From Proteromonas lacertae (Eukaryota): a stretch of DNA of 64,000 nt. The notes beneath the pieces are model-generated. The model searched no databases. It had not been told where the DNA came from and saw only the letters and a list, made by a program, of their open reading frames with translations. Shown in pieces: positions 10,056 to 22,254 of the stretch. How positions within the stretch are numbered: the first letter of the stretch is position 1; each line of letters opens with the position of its first letter. Made by a program: the position numbers and the translations under genes. The stretch covers positions 62,001-126,000 of the forward strand of contig NGBS01000314.1 in NCBI GenBank assembly GCA_002245135.1, written 5' to 3'.

Positions 10056-13000
10056 GAGGAGATTTTTTTAGAACGGCTGTTCAAATTTTTAACACCCTAT
10101 TTCTAGTGGTGTTACAGCCTTTATATTAAATTTCTTCTAGATATAGATAAGTAATTAAGAGTTTCTGAAACTATCTGTGAATTTCGTTTACTTATGATTA
10201 ATTCATTTTGACATTAGTTTTAAAATTGAGGTCCAAACAAAAGTGCATAATATCTGCATTTAGGACCTCCAATTATTTTCGTAATAATATGTTTATTTAA
10301 TGAAAAAATAAACAAAACATTTTCACAAAGCAAACCTCAAGTTTGAATGATTTTAAATTTTTTATTTTTTAAGCTCCTTATTCAATAGCTGAATAAGAAA
10401 TATTATTATGTGGTTTTATGATTAATATACAAAGACACAGTGGTGCTAGAATTAAAATATAGTGAATATGTTAAATGTTATTTATTAGTTACTAGTCATT
10501 ATGGATAATTTAATTAAAATATGAAAGAGATAATTGTTTTTGGTTGTCACAATTAAATTTAATATGTAGATGAAGTAATAAACTAACAATGTTGATGATA
10601 AACATCGAGAATTGTAGCAGAATTAGGAAAGATGTTTGAGAAGAAGATTTATTGGAATTTAAATGGTGAATCTGACACACCCACTGGCTTTTAGTTATTT
10701 AGCAAAGGAAAGAAAAATAGCAGAAACAACAGCTCTAGTAATATACTTAATATCTGGATCTAATTATTAAGATCTTTTAGACAGATTTTAGATATGCTAT
10801 TTATACACATATTTATTTTTCTTATTGTGTGGAATACTACATAGTGTTGATTGGTTATCCTTAATATTTCTTTTTTAATAATAAAATAATGGGGTATTTG
10901 GGGGAAATTTTGGTTGATTAAGAATTGCATTTCTACTAGTTTTATTGTTTGTTTTTGAAATAAAGTTGTAATTTTTTATTTACGTATATCTAATTATATA
11001 GACTAATTGTACCAGTATGAATAAAATTGAAATTGTAAATGAATGTGTAGTGATTCCTGTTAGTAAGGACAGTCACTCAATAGTCGATGGCAGATGTAAA
11101 GAGCTGGCAAAGGTGTGCAAAATATACTCACCTTTTGAGACGTTTGCAGATATACACGAAGATATATTTAAATCCAAGTTCAAAACGAAAGGTGATGTTT
11201 ATTTTATCGTTCATCTTTATGGGTATCAAGTAGGTTTTAAACCAGTTGTGCATTATTCAAGTCATGCAAAGAAGGAATTAACATTTTCCTGTGATTATGA
11301 AGGAGGATGTAATTTTTGTGTTAAGGTTGATTATACTAAGGAAATAATAGTTGAATTTAAATCTCACAATCATAAGTTGAATAGAATTATAGATAAAAGA
11401 ACAATTTATAAATTGACTAATGATATTGAAAATGAAGTAATTTCAATGGCTCAGAACACAAAATCATTATTGCCAAATATTATTAAAACAGTTAAGGATA
11501 TATATAAAATAACTAATAATGTAGAAAAGCAGATAAAAACAAAAGTTATTAATTTCAAAAAAGAATTAAGAAATGAAGAAGAAGGGATGCGAAGATTTTT
11601 CTTTAATGTTGAACAAAAATATACTGTATACAAAAATAAAGATACAGTTTTAGTTATTATGGACCAAGAAAGGTTGCAAAAATATTCTACTTTGGTTTGT
11701 GATGGAACTTTCAATGTATTTTTGAATAATATGCAACTGTATCTATTGTATATGCAAATAGCACCACACAAGTTATTGTTAGTTGCTTTCGCAATAACTA
11801 GAAAAAAAGACAAATCCACATATCTTTTTATATATCAAAAACTTAATACAAATGGCAATATAGTAAGTGTTATACATGACAAAGAGCTTGCCGTTTTATA
11901 TGCCCTTCGTGAATTAAATATCCAGTTTGTTATAGATACCTTCCACTTTCTAATATATATTCGAGATAAAGCATTAAAAAGTATTTTATATAATTATATA
12001 ACCAATCCACTGCAAAGAGAAATTATTGTAGAAAATACAAGTGATAAATATAAGTCGTATTTTACAAAAGATGGTGTTTCTGAAATGGGTATATATGGAT
12101 GCCATAGCACTAGCGCGGTTGAAGCATTAAATCATTATATTAAAAGTTCACTTAAACATCGTAGATCCAGATATGATGCAGTATTGACAGTATTGGAAGA
12201 CATCTACAAAAAACAATATAAAATAATTAATGAAATCATTACTGTTAATAACGATAAATTAGTGAGTATATTTTGAAGAATGAGAATGATAAATATATTG
12301 TAAGTTGTAATAATGATGTAATTAGCTGTAATTGTGAATATAGAATGGTAACAGGAATACCATGTTCGCATATGCTTTATATTAAAGTAAAATTTGATAT
12401 AAAAGTGGATACTTATAAATTAATATGCAACGAGTGTTTTAAAAGTTACTTTTTTAGTAGTATACCAATTACAGATTGTTATTTCAGTAAAATTCATTAT
12501 CCAACAGAAGTAGTAGAAAGTATAGAAAAAAATTTAAATGAAAAAGAGGTATATAATAACATTATTAATTATGAAAACATAAACATTGATGAAGAAGAAT
12601 TTGTCAAATTAAAAGCTTCTATTCATAAATCATATTTTTCATCTATGTTACAAAGTATTGAAGATGATACAATAACAGAAATATACCAATCACTAATAAA
12701 TTATATATATGATAAAATAGCAGAAAATGAATTTAAAAAATTCATAGCAAAAGATTATAGCAATATTGAAAAAGAAGCATCAGAGATAATAATAACAGCA
12801 ATATATTTATTCATAAGTAATTCTGAGGAAGGATATAAAATAATTCAAGATGATGCTACTTTAAACTATATAAATAATATCTCTACAAAAAGAACAATTT
12901 ATATGTCAAAGAGGATTGAATGTTCATACGAAAAAAAGAATAAAAGAAAGAAAATAAACTAAATTTTAATTATTATATTATATAATTATATTTGTTATAT

Positions 13001-14161
13001 TATACGATTTTAGTTTATTTTATCAATTCAAATACTATCAATTATACTATCAATATTTTATCATTTATTCATTCTTTTATCATGTATTTACATTCTTCAT
13101 ATAAACTGTAATAATATATATTAATATTTTCTTTTGTTTTATTGATATTATAATCTTCATTAAATAACAATTTCTTATTATCTATATTGATAATACACTT
13201 CTCTAATCACATTCTAATTCATTAAATTCTTATGGTGTTGTGAAGAATAAATCATATAATCTCATATTCTCTTCTTTTCTAATAATAATTTATTATTAAA
13301 TGAAATTAATATCACAGTAACAAATTATCATAGTATTTAAAATATCAATTTCAATCCTTTTGAGGTAATTTTTAACAAATATAGCTTAAAAACACTTATT
13401 AACACTTTTTTATTAATAAACTATAGAATATTTTCATAATAATCTAATGGCTATTAGATCCAGATATTAAGTATATTACTAGAGCTGTTGTTACTGCTAT
13501 TTTTCTTTCCTTTGCTAAATAACTAAAAGCCAGTGGGTGTGTCAGATTCACCATTTAAATTCCAATAAATCTTCTTCTCAAACATCTTTCCTAATTCTGC
13601 TACAATTCTCGATGTTTATCATCAACATTGTTAGTTTATTACTTCATCTACATATTAAATTTAATTGTGACAACCAAAAACAATTATCTCTTTCATATTT
13701 TAATTAAATTATCCATAATGACTAGTAACTAATAAATAACATTTAACATATTCACTATATTTTAATTCTAGCACCACTGTGTCTTTGTATATTAATCATA
13801 AAACCACATAATAATATTTCTTATTCAGCTATTGAATAAGGAGCTTAAAAAATAAAAAATTTAAAATCATTCAAACTTGAGGTTTGCTTTGTGAAAATGT
13901 TTTGTTTATTTTTTCATTAAATAAACATATTATTACGAAAATAATTGGAGGTCCTAAATGCAGATATTATGCACTTTTGTTTGGACCTCAATTTTAAAAC
14001 TAATGTCAAAATGAATTAATCATAAGTAAACGAAATTCACAGATAGTTTCAGAAACTCTTAATTACTTATCTATATCTAGAAGAAATTTAATATAAAGGC
14101 TGTAACACCACTAGAAATAGGGTGTTAAAAATTTGAACAGCCGTTCTAAAAAAATCTCCTC
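10056..14161. mobile_element. Mutator-like (MULE) DNA transposon, apparently full length
   Basis: ~709-bp near-perfect TIRs (10056-10764 and 13453-14161); 9-bp TSD TTTTTTATG at 10047-10055 and 14162-14170; internal transposase. Confidence 0.95.
11017..12962 (+). CDS. MULE transposase with SWIM zinc finger (1-nt frameshift at ~12272)
   Basis: N-terminal CxxxGCxF...HNH finger; CDGTF, HDKE, DTFH and STSAVEALN catalytic motifs; CNC...GIPCSH SWIM in the second frame. Confidence 0.9.
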
Positions 14162-14402
14162 TTTTTTATGAACTTCATTATTCTCAATATTAAACTTATT
14201 TTTTTATTTTTTCTATTTTATTGTTTCAGTCACTACTATAGTCTAAAATACATTATTTGATATGAATAGAATTCACTGTTTGTAATGTTAAGGCAGAGAA
14301 AAAAGAAATAAGAAGTTCAAGCCTACTTTTTAATTTTGTTTTTTAGAATGTAGTGACTGAAACAATAAAATAGAAAAAATAAAAAAATTAGTTTAATATT
14401 GA

Positions 14403-15670
14403 TGTTGTGCGCCGTTTGTCATAGTTGGCCGTTTGTCTACCAGACACTTTTAAAACAAACTAAATACATATTCTTACTTGTCTTGATGAAAAATTGTTAC
14501 TTTTATACTTACTTTGTTATATGACCTACCTCTGCAGTATACATTTTTGTTAATATAAATAGTTTGAATATTTGCGCCGTTTGTTTTCTAGAAATTTTTG
14601 AAGCAAACTGAATTCATATTTAGCTAATGTAGACTAAAATATATTAACTGAAATGATTAGAACAACTTAATGTTGATCATAAGACATTTAAAATGAAAAA
14701 AGAAAATATAGAATCAAGCCTCACTCAAGCCTATTTTTACATTTCTTTTTTTATATAGAAAGATTTAATAATTATTATATTCTAATCATTTTAACTAATG
14801 TATTTTAGTCTATATTAGCTAAATATGCATTCAGTTTGATTCAAAAATTTCTAGAAAACAAACGGCGCAAATATTCATACTATTTATATTAACAAAAATG
14901 TATACTGCAGAGATAGGTCATATAACAAAGTAAGTATAAAAGTAACAATTTTTCATCAAGACAAGTAAGAATATACATTTAGTTTGTTTTCAAAGTGTCT
15001 GGTAGACAAACGGCCAACTATGACAAACGGCGCACATGTTGCGCGCGATAAAGAAATTTGCACGATAAAGGAAGTAATTGTTTATATTTAGATCTAATAT
15101 AATATTATTGTTAATGCCATTATGCTGTGCATGAGTATATAATCATTTTGTCTTATAACAGTCATATACAATAGTTATGTTCTATTATTCATAAATATTT
15201 ACTACATATCCATCTTACTTATTTCTATAATTTAACATTATTTTTATTTCATGTATCACTGGAAGAAATTGAAATAAATAGTTCTTTGATGAAAAGATTA
15301 AACAAAATCGATGTTACGATGGTTTGAAATAAAAAATAAAATATTGGCTTGAAGAAGGCTTGAGCATATTTTCTTTTTTCTTTAATATTTTTTTAAAGGG
15401 TACTATATATATATCAATATGTTAATAAGACATATATATTAATATATTCTAGCGATTTAAATAATAAAATAATTACAAAAATTAATAATAGATGATATAA
15501 ATCTTATTGAAAACTTAATGACAATTTCAACATATGTAATTTATTAGACAAAATAATGTTATATTTATTTTCACTCGGCCTTCTTAATATGTATTAACAT
15601 TTTCAATTTAATGGAAACTTATTACTTCCTTTATCGCGCAAATTTCTTTATCGCGCGCGACAGCACAACA
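14403..15670. mobile_element. MITE family A inserted in MITE B
   Basis: TGT...ACA ends; 5-bp TSD ATTGA at 14398-14402 and 15671-15675. Confidence 0.9.
15037..15662. mobile_element. MITE family C inserted in the right TIR of MITE A
   Basis: TIR TGTTGCGCGCGATAAAGAAATTTG / CAAATTTCTTTATCGCGCGCGACA; 5-bp TSD GCACA at 15032-15036 and 15663-15667. Confidence 0.9.
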
Positions 15671-16721
15671 ATTGAGAATAATTAAGTTCATAAAAAAGTA
15701 TATTACAGATGTAGGTCATATGACAAACTAACTATATATTTGTTAATAACTCTTTATAACTAAGATAAAAATGATTTTAGTTTGTTTTAAAAGTAATTAT
15801 ATGATGAGAGCGGCTCAACGGCTAACAACAACACCTTCTTTACTATAGATTTTTTATAGTAAATCCAATTGATCCTGCGTTAATTTCTGATATATCCTTT
15901 TTTTAGGAGTTATAACTACAGTTTCTGGAATAACATTTATAGAAGGAGCAATAGTGCTACTTGTCATTACTTCTAATTGATGATGAGTTAAATACTCAGA
16001 TGGTTCAGGCATTCTGCAGTATTCATCATTAAGATTAACATAGTTAAGTGTCATATTATTCAAATCTATGTCATTTATAATGTAATATTTTTATACTTTG
16101 TTTTGAGTGAGATTAACTTACAAGTAATGATGAACAAATAATTCAAAAAAAGAGAGCTTGAAAAAAGCTCAAGTATTTCGCAATAAATCTCATGTTTTTA
16201 GAAAATGTCGGTTTCACACTTAAGTATTTTGAAAATAACTCGAAGGCTTTCTTAAGTTTTTCTGAAATTATCTTAAGTAAAAGTAAAATCACTGTACGAC
16301 ATTATACATAGATTTAGGTTATACTACAAATATTAAACTATAAATAAATGCTATAATGAATGGTGAGTTTTATTGTACTAAAAACAAATATAACCAAAAA
16401 AACTTATGAAAAAATTATTCAAAACTGTCATTGAAAAGGTCAAATTATTTGCTTTTGTTAGTGACTTTACGGTATTCGATTTTCGGTCTGCTAATCTTTT
16501 TGTGATACAATGTGATATATTATGATTGAATTAGTTTATATAAAGGAGATATAAAGAAAAAATAGATTAATTGAATATCTAACATCTGTTGTTATTATTG
16601 CAACAATTGTTGGATAGGAATAAACATAAATTTATCAGCCATAAAACATCTGTAATATACTTAAACATAATTCGACATTTTTTACCGTTTCATAAGGTTT
16701 GAAGTGTCGAATTATTAGGTT

Positions 16722-17681
16722 ATGACTGTATTTGATTTTCATTCACAAAATATGATATTTAGTAATATATATTTTAATACATTCAGTAGTATTGTTCTAT
16801 TTATCATAATAATATTTTTAATGTTAAAATTATGTATTATAAATAATGAATATTTAAAAAATAAAAAGAAATTATCAAAATATTTTGAGTATAAACATCG
16901 AAAAATGAATTGCAAACTAATATATATAAGAATGGTGAATAGAAAGCCAGCAGTAGAATGGCCTCCACCAAGATTTCCACCGCCACATTTATATAATGAG
17001 TTTATTCAGTATGGAGAAATGCCAATAAAAACTATATATTATAAAACAGACAAACGTTCTGGTTCTAGCCATTTTGTTAGTAAATGGACTAAACAAATGA
17101 TAGAAGAAATGAAAATAGATTTTACATATAATAAAATAATAAGTAGTTATGGAATACATTCTCAGAAATTAATTGATGAAGCAATAACAAAATATTCTGT
17201 TACTAACAAAGATGTTGCTGTAATAGGATCATTATCTCCTTGGATTGAAGCAATAATTTCCTTAAAACAGCCTAAATCAATAACAACAATTGAATATGGC
17301 AAAATAAATTCTACCATTCAATATATAAAGACATTTATTCCAAATGAATTTGCAAAAGAAGCTTTGAAAAAGAATGTGAAATTTGATTATGTAATATCAT
17401 ATTCATCTTTAGAACATTCTGGTCTTGGAAGATATGGAGATGAATTAGATCCTAATGGAGATATACATGCAGCTGAAGAAGTATGGTGTATGCTTAAAAA
17501 TGGAGGTTATTTTTTGATAGGTTTGCCTTTTTCTAATACATCATTTATTAGATGGAATGCAGATAGAGTTTATGGGCCTGAGCGTATGAAAATTTTTGCT
17601 GCAAATTTTGAACAAGTTGAATTTTTTGGTAAACCTTGGAAGAATCAAAATATCTTACTATTGAGAAAAATCAAAATGTGA
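16722..17681 (+). CDS. DUF268-family SAM-methyltransferase-like protein
   Basis: TM anchor; VAVIGSLSPWIE, SSLEHSGLGRYGDELDPNGD and WNADRVYG are DUF268 hallmarks. Confidence 0.85.
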   Translation: MTVFDFHSQNMIFSNIYFNTFSSIVLFIIIIFLMLKLCIINNEYLKNKKKLSKYFEYKHRKMNCKLIYIRMVNRKPAVEWPPPRFPPPHLYNEFIQYGEMPIKTIYYKTDKRSGSSHFVSKWTKQMIEEMKIDFTYNKIISSYGIHSQKLIDEAITKYSVTNKDVAVIGSLSPWIEAIISLKQPKSITTIEYGKINSTIQYIKTFIPNEFAKEALKKNVKFDYVISYSSLEHSGLGRYGDELDPNGDIHAAEEVWCMLKNGGYFLIGLPFSNTSFIRWNADRVYGPERMKIFAANFEQVEFFGKPWKNQNILLLRKIKM

Positions 17682-17706
17682 TAGTAAATATTTATTTATT
17701 TGCTAA

Positions 17707-18594
17707 TTATATTGTCTTGCTAAAGCTATTTATATATTTGTTGTTATAATTTTGTACAAAATTACTTTCATTTTCAAACTTGTCACTAAAACAAATAATA
17801 TGTGATAACCTAAGTCCATCTATTTCAAATAAACATCCAAGTGTTATTCTTACAATTTTATACTTTCCTACCAAATAACAATTATAATCTAATCTTTCTA
17901 AATAGATTACTATGAAAGATGATTTTGTTTTGCATAAAAAATGATATTCTAAATAAATAATCTTTATTATTCCTTTTGATAAAAGATTTTTGCTTGTAAA
18001 TATAACTTCATCTTCATATCCTTCTACATCAATTTTTAGAAAGAATATATCTCCTATTTTTGTATATTTTTCATAGTAACTATCAAGATTCATGAATGTT
18101 ATGTTAGTAGTATATAAATTTCTAATCTTACTCATCATACTTCCTGCTTTATCATACTTCCAAATAATTTTATCTCTATTATATCCAATTGCTGTGTTTA
18201 TAATCATTATATTTTTCGAAGAATTAAATTTGCATATACTAATCTCACAATTCAAAGGTAACGGTTCAGCTAAATATATTCTATTTTTAGGATAATACTT
18301 ATGAAAGATTTCAGTAACTTCTCCGATATTTGATCCTATATCAAATATACAATCATTTTTTGATAATGTATTGTAAATGTGTTTAAAATTTGTAAATAAT
18401 TGTTTTCTAATATCATCATCATTAAATATATGTCTATTCCGTGTATCGAAGTATTTTTTATTATTTATAAAATAAGAATCACATTGTGTAGTTTTATATT
18501 TTGATTCATGTTTATGCTCACATGTTAAGAGAAATAGCAATATAAATAAAGCAAATAGTATAACTAATTTAATATCTTTACTTACACACAACAT
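17707..18594 (-). CDS. FkbM-family methyltransferase
   Basis: IFDIGSNIG, AEP and LKIDVEGYE motifs; likely start MLCVSKD followed by a TM; the ORF-track start lies inside the adjacent MITE. Confidence 0.85.
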   Translation of the reverse strand: MLCVSKDIKLVILFALFILLFLLTCEHKHESKYKTTQCDSYFINNKKYFDTRNRHIFNDDDIRKQLFTNFKHIYNTLSKNDCIFDIGSNIGEVTEIFHKYYPKNRIYLAEPLPLNCEISICKFNSSKNIMIINTAIGYNRDKIIWKYDKAGSMMSKIRNLYTTNITFMNLDSYYEKYTKIGDIFFLKIDVEGYEDEVIFTSKNLLSKGIIKIIYLEYHFLCKTKSSFIVIYLERLDYNCYLVGKYKIVRITLGCLFEIDGLRLSHIICFSDKFENESNFVQNYNNKYINSFSKTI

Positions 18595-18684
18595 GTAGAT
18601 TATTTTAATTATACACTTAATTTTAAGAATGTTACATTGGCTGTATATTTCTAACACTATTTCTGCTTTATATTTAAAAACATC

Positions 18685-19310
18685 TGTTGTGCGGCGTTTG
18701 TAATAGTTGGCCGTTTGTCTACCAGACACTTTTAAAACAAATTAAATGTATATTCTTACTTATCTTAATGAAAAATTGTTACTTTTATGCTTGACCTTAC
18801 CTCAGCAGTATACTTTTTTATTAATATAAATAGTTTGAATATTTGCCTCCGTTTGTTTTCTAGAAATTTTTGAATCAAATTAAATGCATATTTAGCTAAT
18901 ATAGACTAAGATACATTAGCTGAAATGATTAGAATATAATAATTATTAATCTTTCTATATAAAAAAAGAAATGTAAAAATAGGCTTGAGTGAGTATTGAT
19001 TCTACATTTTCTATTTTCATTTTAAATGTCTTATGATCAACATTAAGTTGTTCTAAACATTTCAGCTAATGTATTTTAGTCTATATTAGCTAAACATGCA
19101 TTTAGTTTGCTTCAAAAATTTCTAGAAAACAAACGGCGCAAATATTCATACTATTTATATTAACAAAAAAGTATATTGCAGTGGTAGGTCATATAACAAA
19201 GTAAGTATAAAAGTAACGATTTTTCATCAGGACAAGTAGGAATATACATTTAGTTTGTTTTCAAAGTGTCTGGTAGACAAACGGCCAACTATGACAAACG
19301 GCGCACAACA
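18685..19310. mobile_element. Complete foldback MITE family A (~626 bp)
   Basis: Element is largely a long inverted repeat with TGTTGTGCG...CGCACAACA ends. Confidence 0.9.
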
Positions 19311-20268
19311 GCTTATATGATAACGTAACATTATATCCCTTCATAACTCATTATGAGTAATAACATTATGTAATTAGTTTTTTTCTAAAGTTTCTAATCG
19401 CTCAACGGGGAGTTGTACTCAACGGGGAACAACAAACTAATTTTTGTGATTTTCTATTATAATGTATCAGTCACTAATACAGTCTAAAATACATTATCTG
19501 ATATGAATAGAATACATTATTTTTAATGTTAAGGTAATAAAAAAGGAAATAAAAGATCAGACTTGAGTGAGGCTTAAACTTATTTTTTCTTTTTTTTTAT
19601 GTAACCGCCTTAACATTACAAATAGTGAATTCTATTCCATATCAAATAATGTATTTTAGACTGTAGTAGTCACTAATATATTAAAATAGAAAAAATAATT
19701 AAATTAGTTTAATATTGATAATAATGAAGCTCATAAAAAAGTATATTACAGATGTAGGTCATATGACAAACTAACAATATATTTGTTAATAACTCTTTAT
19801 AACTAAGATAAAAATGATATTAGTTTGTTTTAACATAAGTATTAACTCGGCCTTCCAAATAAGTATTAACATATTCACTTTAATGGGAACTTATTACTTC
19901 CTTTAATGCGCAAATTTCTTTATCGCGCGCGACAGGTTTACCTATAGGTCAAAACCTATATTTTTAGCTTTACCTTTACCTTCATTATACTAATTATTAG
20001 TTGACCTCCTATTGAACATGAGTTAACAAGCATATTATCTAACCATAAATACAAAATTAATGTTTTATACATCATCTTTCAAATATCAAATTTGACCTTC
20101 GGTCGATGCACTTTTTATATTACAATAATTTTGATGTATTTCTCAATGATGACTCACAATAACATATTATTAACATAATATTAAATTAATTATAGAATAA
20201 AAAAAATAAAAGAAAAAAACATCAAGCTTGATGGTTTGACTAAGTAAATCTTTATTTTTTAAGATTTA
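19311..20268. mobile_element. Scrambled TE fragments (MITE B internal part, MITE C right end at ~19934, hAT subterminal fragment)
   Basis: Matches 14171-14400/15676-15790, 15570-15662 and the reverse complement of 54035-54104. Confidence 0.7.
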
Positions 20269-20324
20269 GGTAATGGTCCAAATTTAGAGTTTTTGAGCTA
20301 AAGCTCTAAATTTGGACCATTGCC
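20269..20324. mobile_element. 56-bp PIF/Harbinger-like micro-element
   Basis: GGTAATGGTCCAAATTTAGAG...CTCTAAATTTGGACCATTGCC hairpin flanked by a TTA duplication (20266-20268 and 20325-20327). Confidence 0.7.
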
Positions 20325-20431
20325 TTAGAATATAAAAATAATTATTGTAATGAATATAATACTCAAAACAAGAAAAGAACAACTCCTGCCCTTTTTATTT
20401 TTATTTTTTCTCTCTTTAACAAAATGACATC

Positions 20432-22137
20432 TATTGTGCGCCGTTTGTCATAGTTGGCCGTTTGTCTACCAGACACTTTTAAAACAAACTAAATGTATAT
20501 TCCTACTTGTCTTGATGAAAAATTGTTACTTTTATACTTACTTTGTTATATGACCTACCACTGCAGTATACTTTTTTGTTAATATAAATAGTTTGAATAT
20601 TTGCTCCGTTTGTTTTCTAGAAATATTTGAATCAAACTAAATGGATGTTTAGCAAATATAGACTAAGATACATTAGCTGAAATGATTAGAATATAATAAT
20701 TATTAAATCTTTCTATATAAAAAAGAAATGTAAAAAATAGGCTTGAATAAGGCTTGAATCTATATTTTCTATTTTCATTTTAAATGTCTTATGATCAACA
20801 TTAAGTTGTTCTAATCATTTCAGATAATGTATTTTAGTCTATATTAGCTAAATATGCATTTAGTTTGCTTCAAAAATTTCTAGAATACAAACGGCGCAAA
20901 TATTCAAACCAGGGTTGTATAAATCGGTCATGACCGACGGAGAAAACCGATCGGTCGTAGGTCAATAAATAAATGTTGACCGACACCAGGCTGTAGTAAC
21001 TATTAGCTGACCTCCTCCTAAACATGTGATATTAATAATATTATCTAACTGTACATATTGAATTCAAGCTCTATATATCATTCTATAAAATACCGAATTA
21101 ACCGTCGGTCGATGAGCTTTTTTCTTTCTTCATAATTGAATCTAACCTTACCAATGAGTTATTCTATTGTGTTATATATGTAATATAAAGTATAGAATGA
21201 TTATAAAAATTTGAAAGAAAAAATGGCAAACTTTTAGCTTGACATTAATCATTTCTTAAAATTATCATAAATGTATCTAATATAATCTATCATTATATAT
21301 TCTAGGAGTATAGTTTTACCAATTGGAGCGGCTCGTGAAGTTATTGCCTTAAAAGAGGCAAATATGCTTAAACATCTTAATTTTAACTTTTACAAATCCT
21401 TTTGGTATAATATGTTAAAGATAAAAAGCCTTGATAAATGCATTTGCAGTAAAAAGAAAGAGATTAATTATGCCAAATGAAGTACAAGAATATTTGCAAT
21501 ATGATATTCATTACACCTCTGAAACCATTGGAAATATCTGGCTATCATTAAAGTCCAAGTTTCCTAGGGTATACATACTTGCCAAGAACAGTTTAAACAG
21601 TCTAGCAGCATCTTCAGAGCCGGACAAATAAGTAACTTATCCAAATCAAATTTATCATGTGATAGATTACAAATGAAACTGATGATTAGTAGAAATAAAT
21701 AAGAACATAATTATATAAAATACCTAATTATTGTTGAGTATTAAATTGTAATTCTTTATAAAAAGTTAAAAATTATTTAATTGAATTGAAAATATATGAA
21801 TCAAGTATTAAAATATATTATAAGATAGTTTTTATGAAAGGAAAATTAGTATATAATGAATTAAAATAGATTTTATAATATACGGCTTGTAAGGCTTGAC
21901 AGACTGAATGTCAAGGCAAAACCTATAGGTTTTGACCTATCTCCGTCGGTAACCGATAAATACAACCCTGATTCAAACTATTTATATTAACAAAAAAGTA
22001 TACTGCAGAGGTAGGTCATATAACAAAGTAAATATAAAAGTAACAATTTTTCATCAAGACAAGTAAGAAAATACATTTAGTTTGTTTTAAAAGTGTCTGG
22101 TAGACAAACGGCCAACTATGACAAACGGCGCACAACA
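20432..22137. mobile_element. MITE family A interrupted by a hAT element
   Basis: 5-bp TSD ACATC at 20427-20431 and 22138-22142. Confidence 0.9.
20910..21970 (+). mobile_element. Non-autonomous hAT deletion derivative
   Basis: CAGGGTTGTAT...ATACAACCCTG TIRs; 8-bp TSD ATTCAAAC (20902-20909 and 21971-21978); hAT dimerisation-domain remnant WLSLKSKFPRVYILAK at ~21480-21631. Confidence 0.9.
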
Positions 22138-22254
22138 ACATCCTTCTAATTGGTAAATCAGATTTGACAATTATAATTTTTGAATCTTTATTATTTATTG
22201 TAATATATTAGATGATGAAGAAAAGAAAAAACTAGAAATAGGAAAGACTATTAA

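Larger units (their letters stand above)
9914..15830. mobile_element. Foldback MITE family B (TGTTGTGCGCCGTTGAGCCG...CGGCTCAACGGCTAACAACA) hosting nested insertions
   Basis: Long inverted arms at 9914-10055 and ~15676-15830; interrupted by the MULE and by MITE A; no matching TSD found. Confidence 0.8.

Noticed and set aside
15854..16463. Possible truncated transposase N-terminus (KKRIYQKLTQDQL) and CACTA-like end at 16463
   Set aside because: No partner TIR, TSD or catalytic motif visible
18595..18729. N-terminal extension MSGRQTANYY of the FkbM ORF
   Set aside because: It is read from the MITE A TIR; the plausible start is 18594, before the TM anchor
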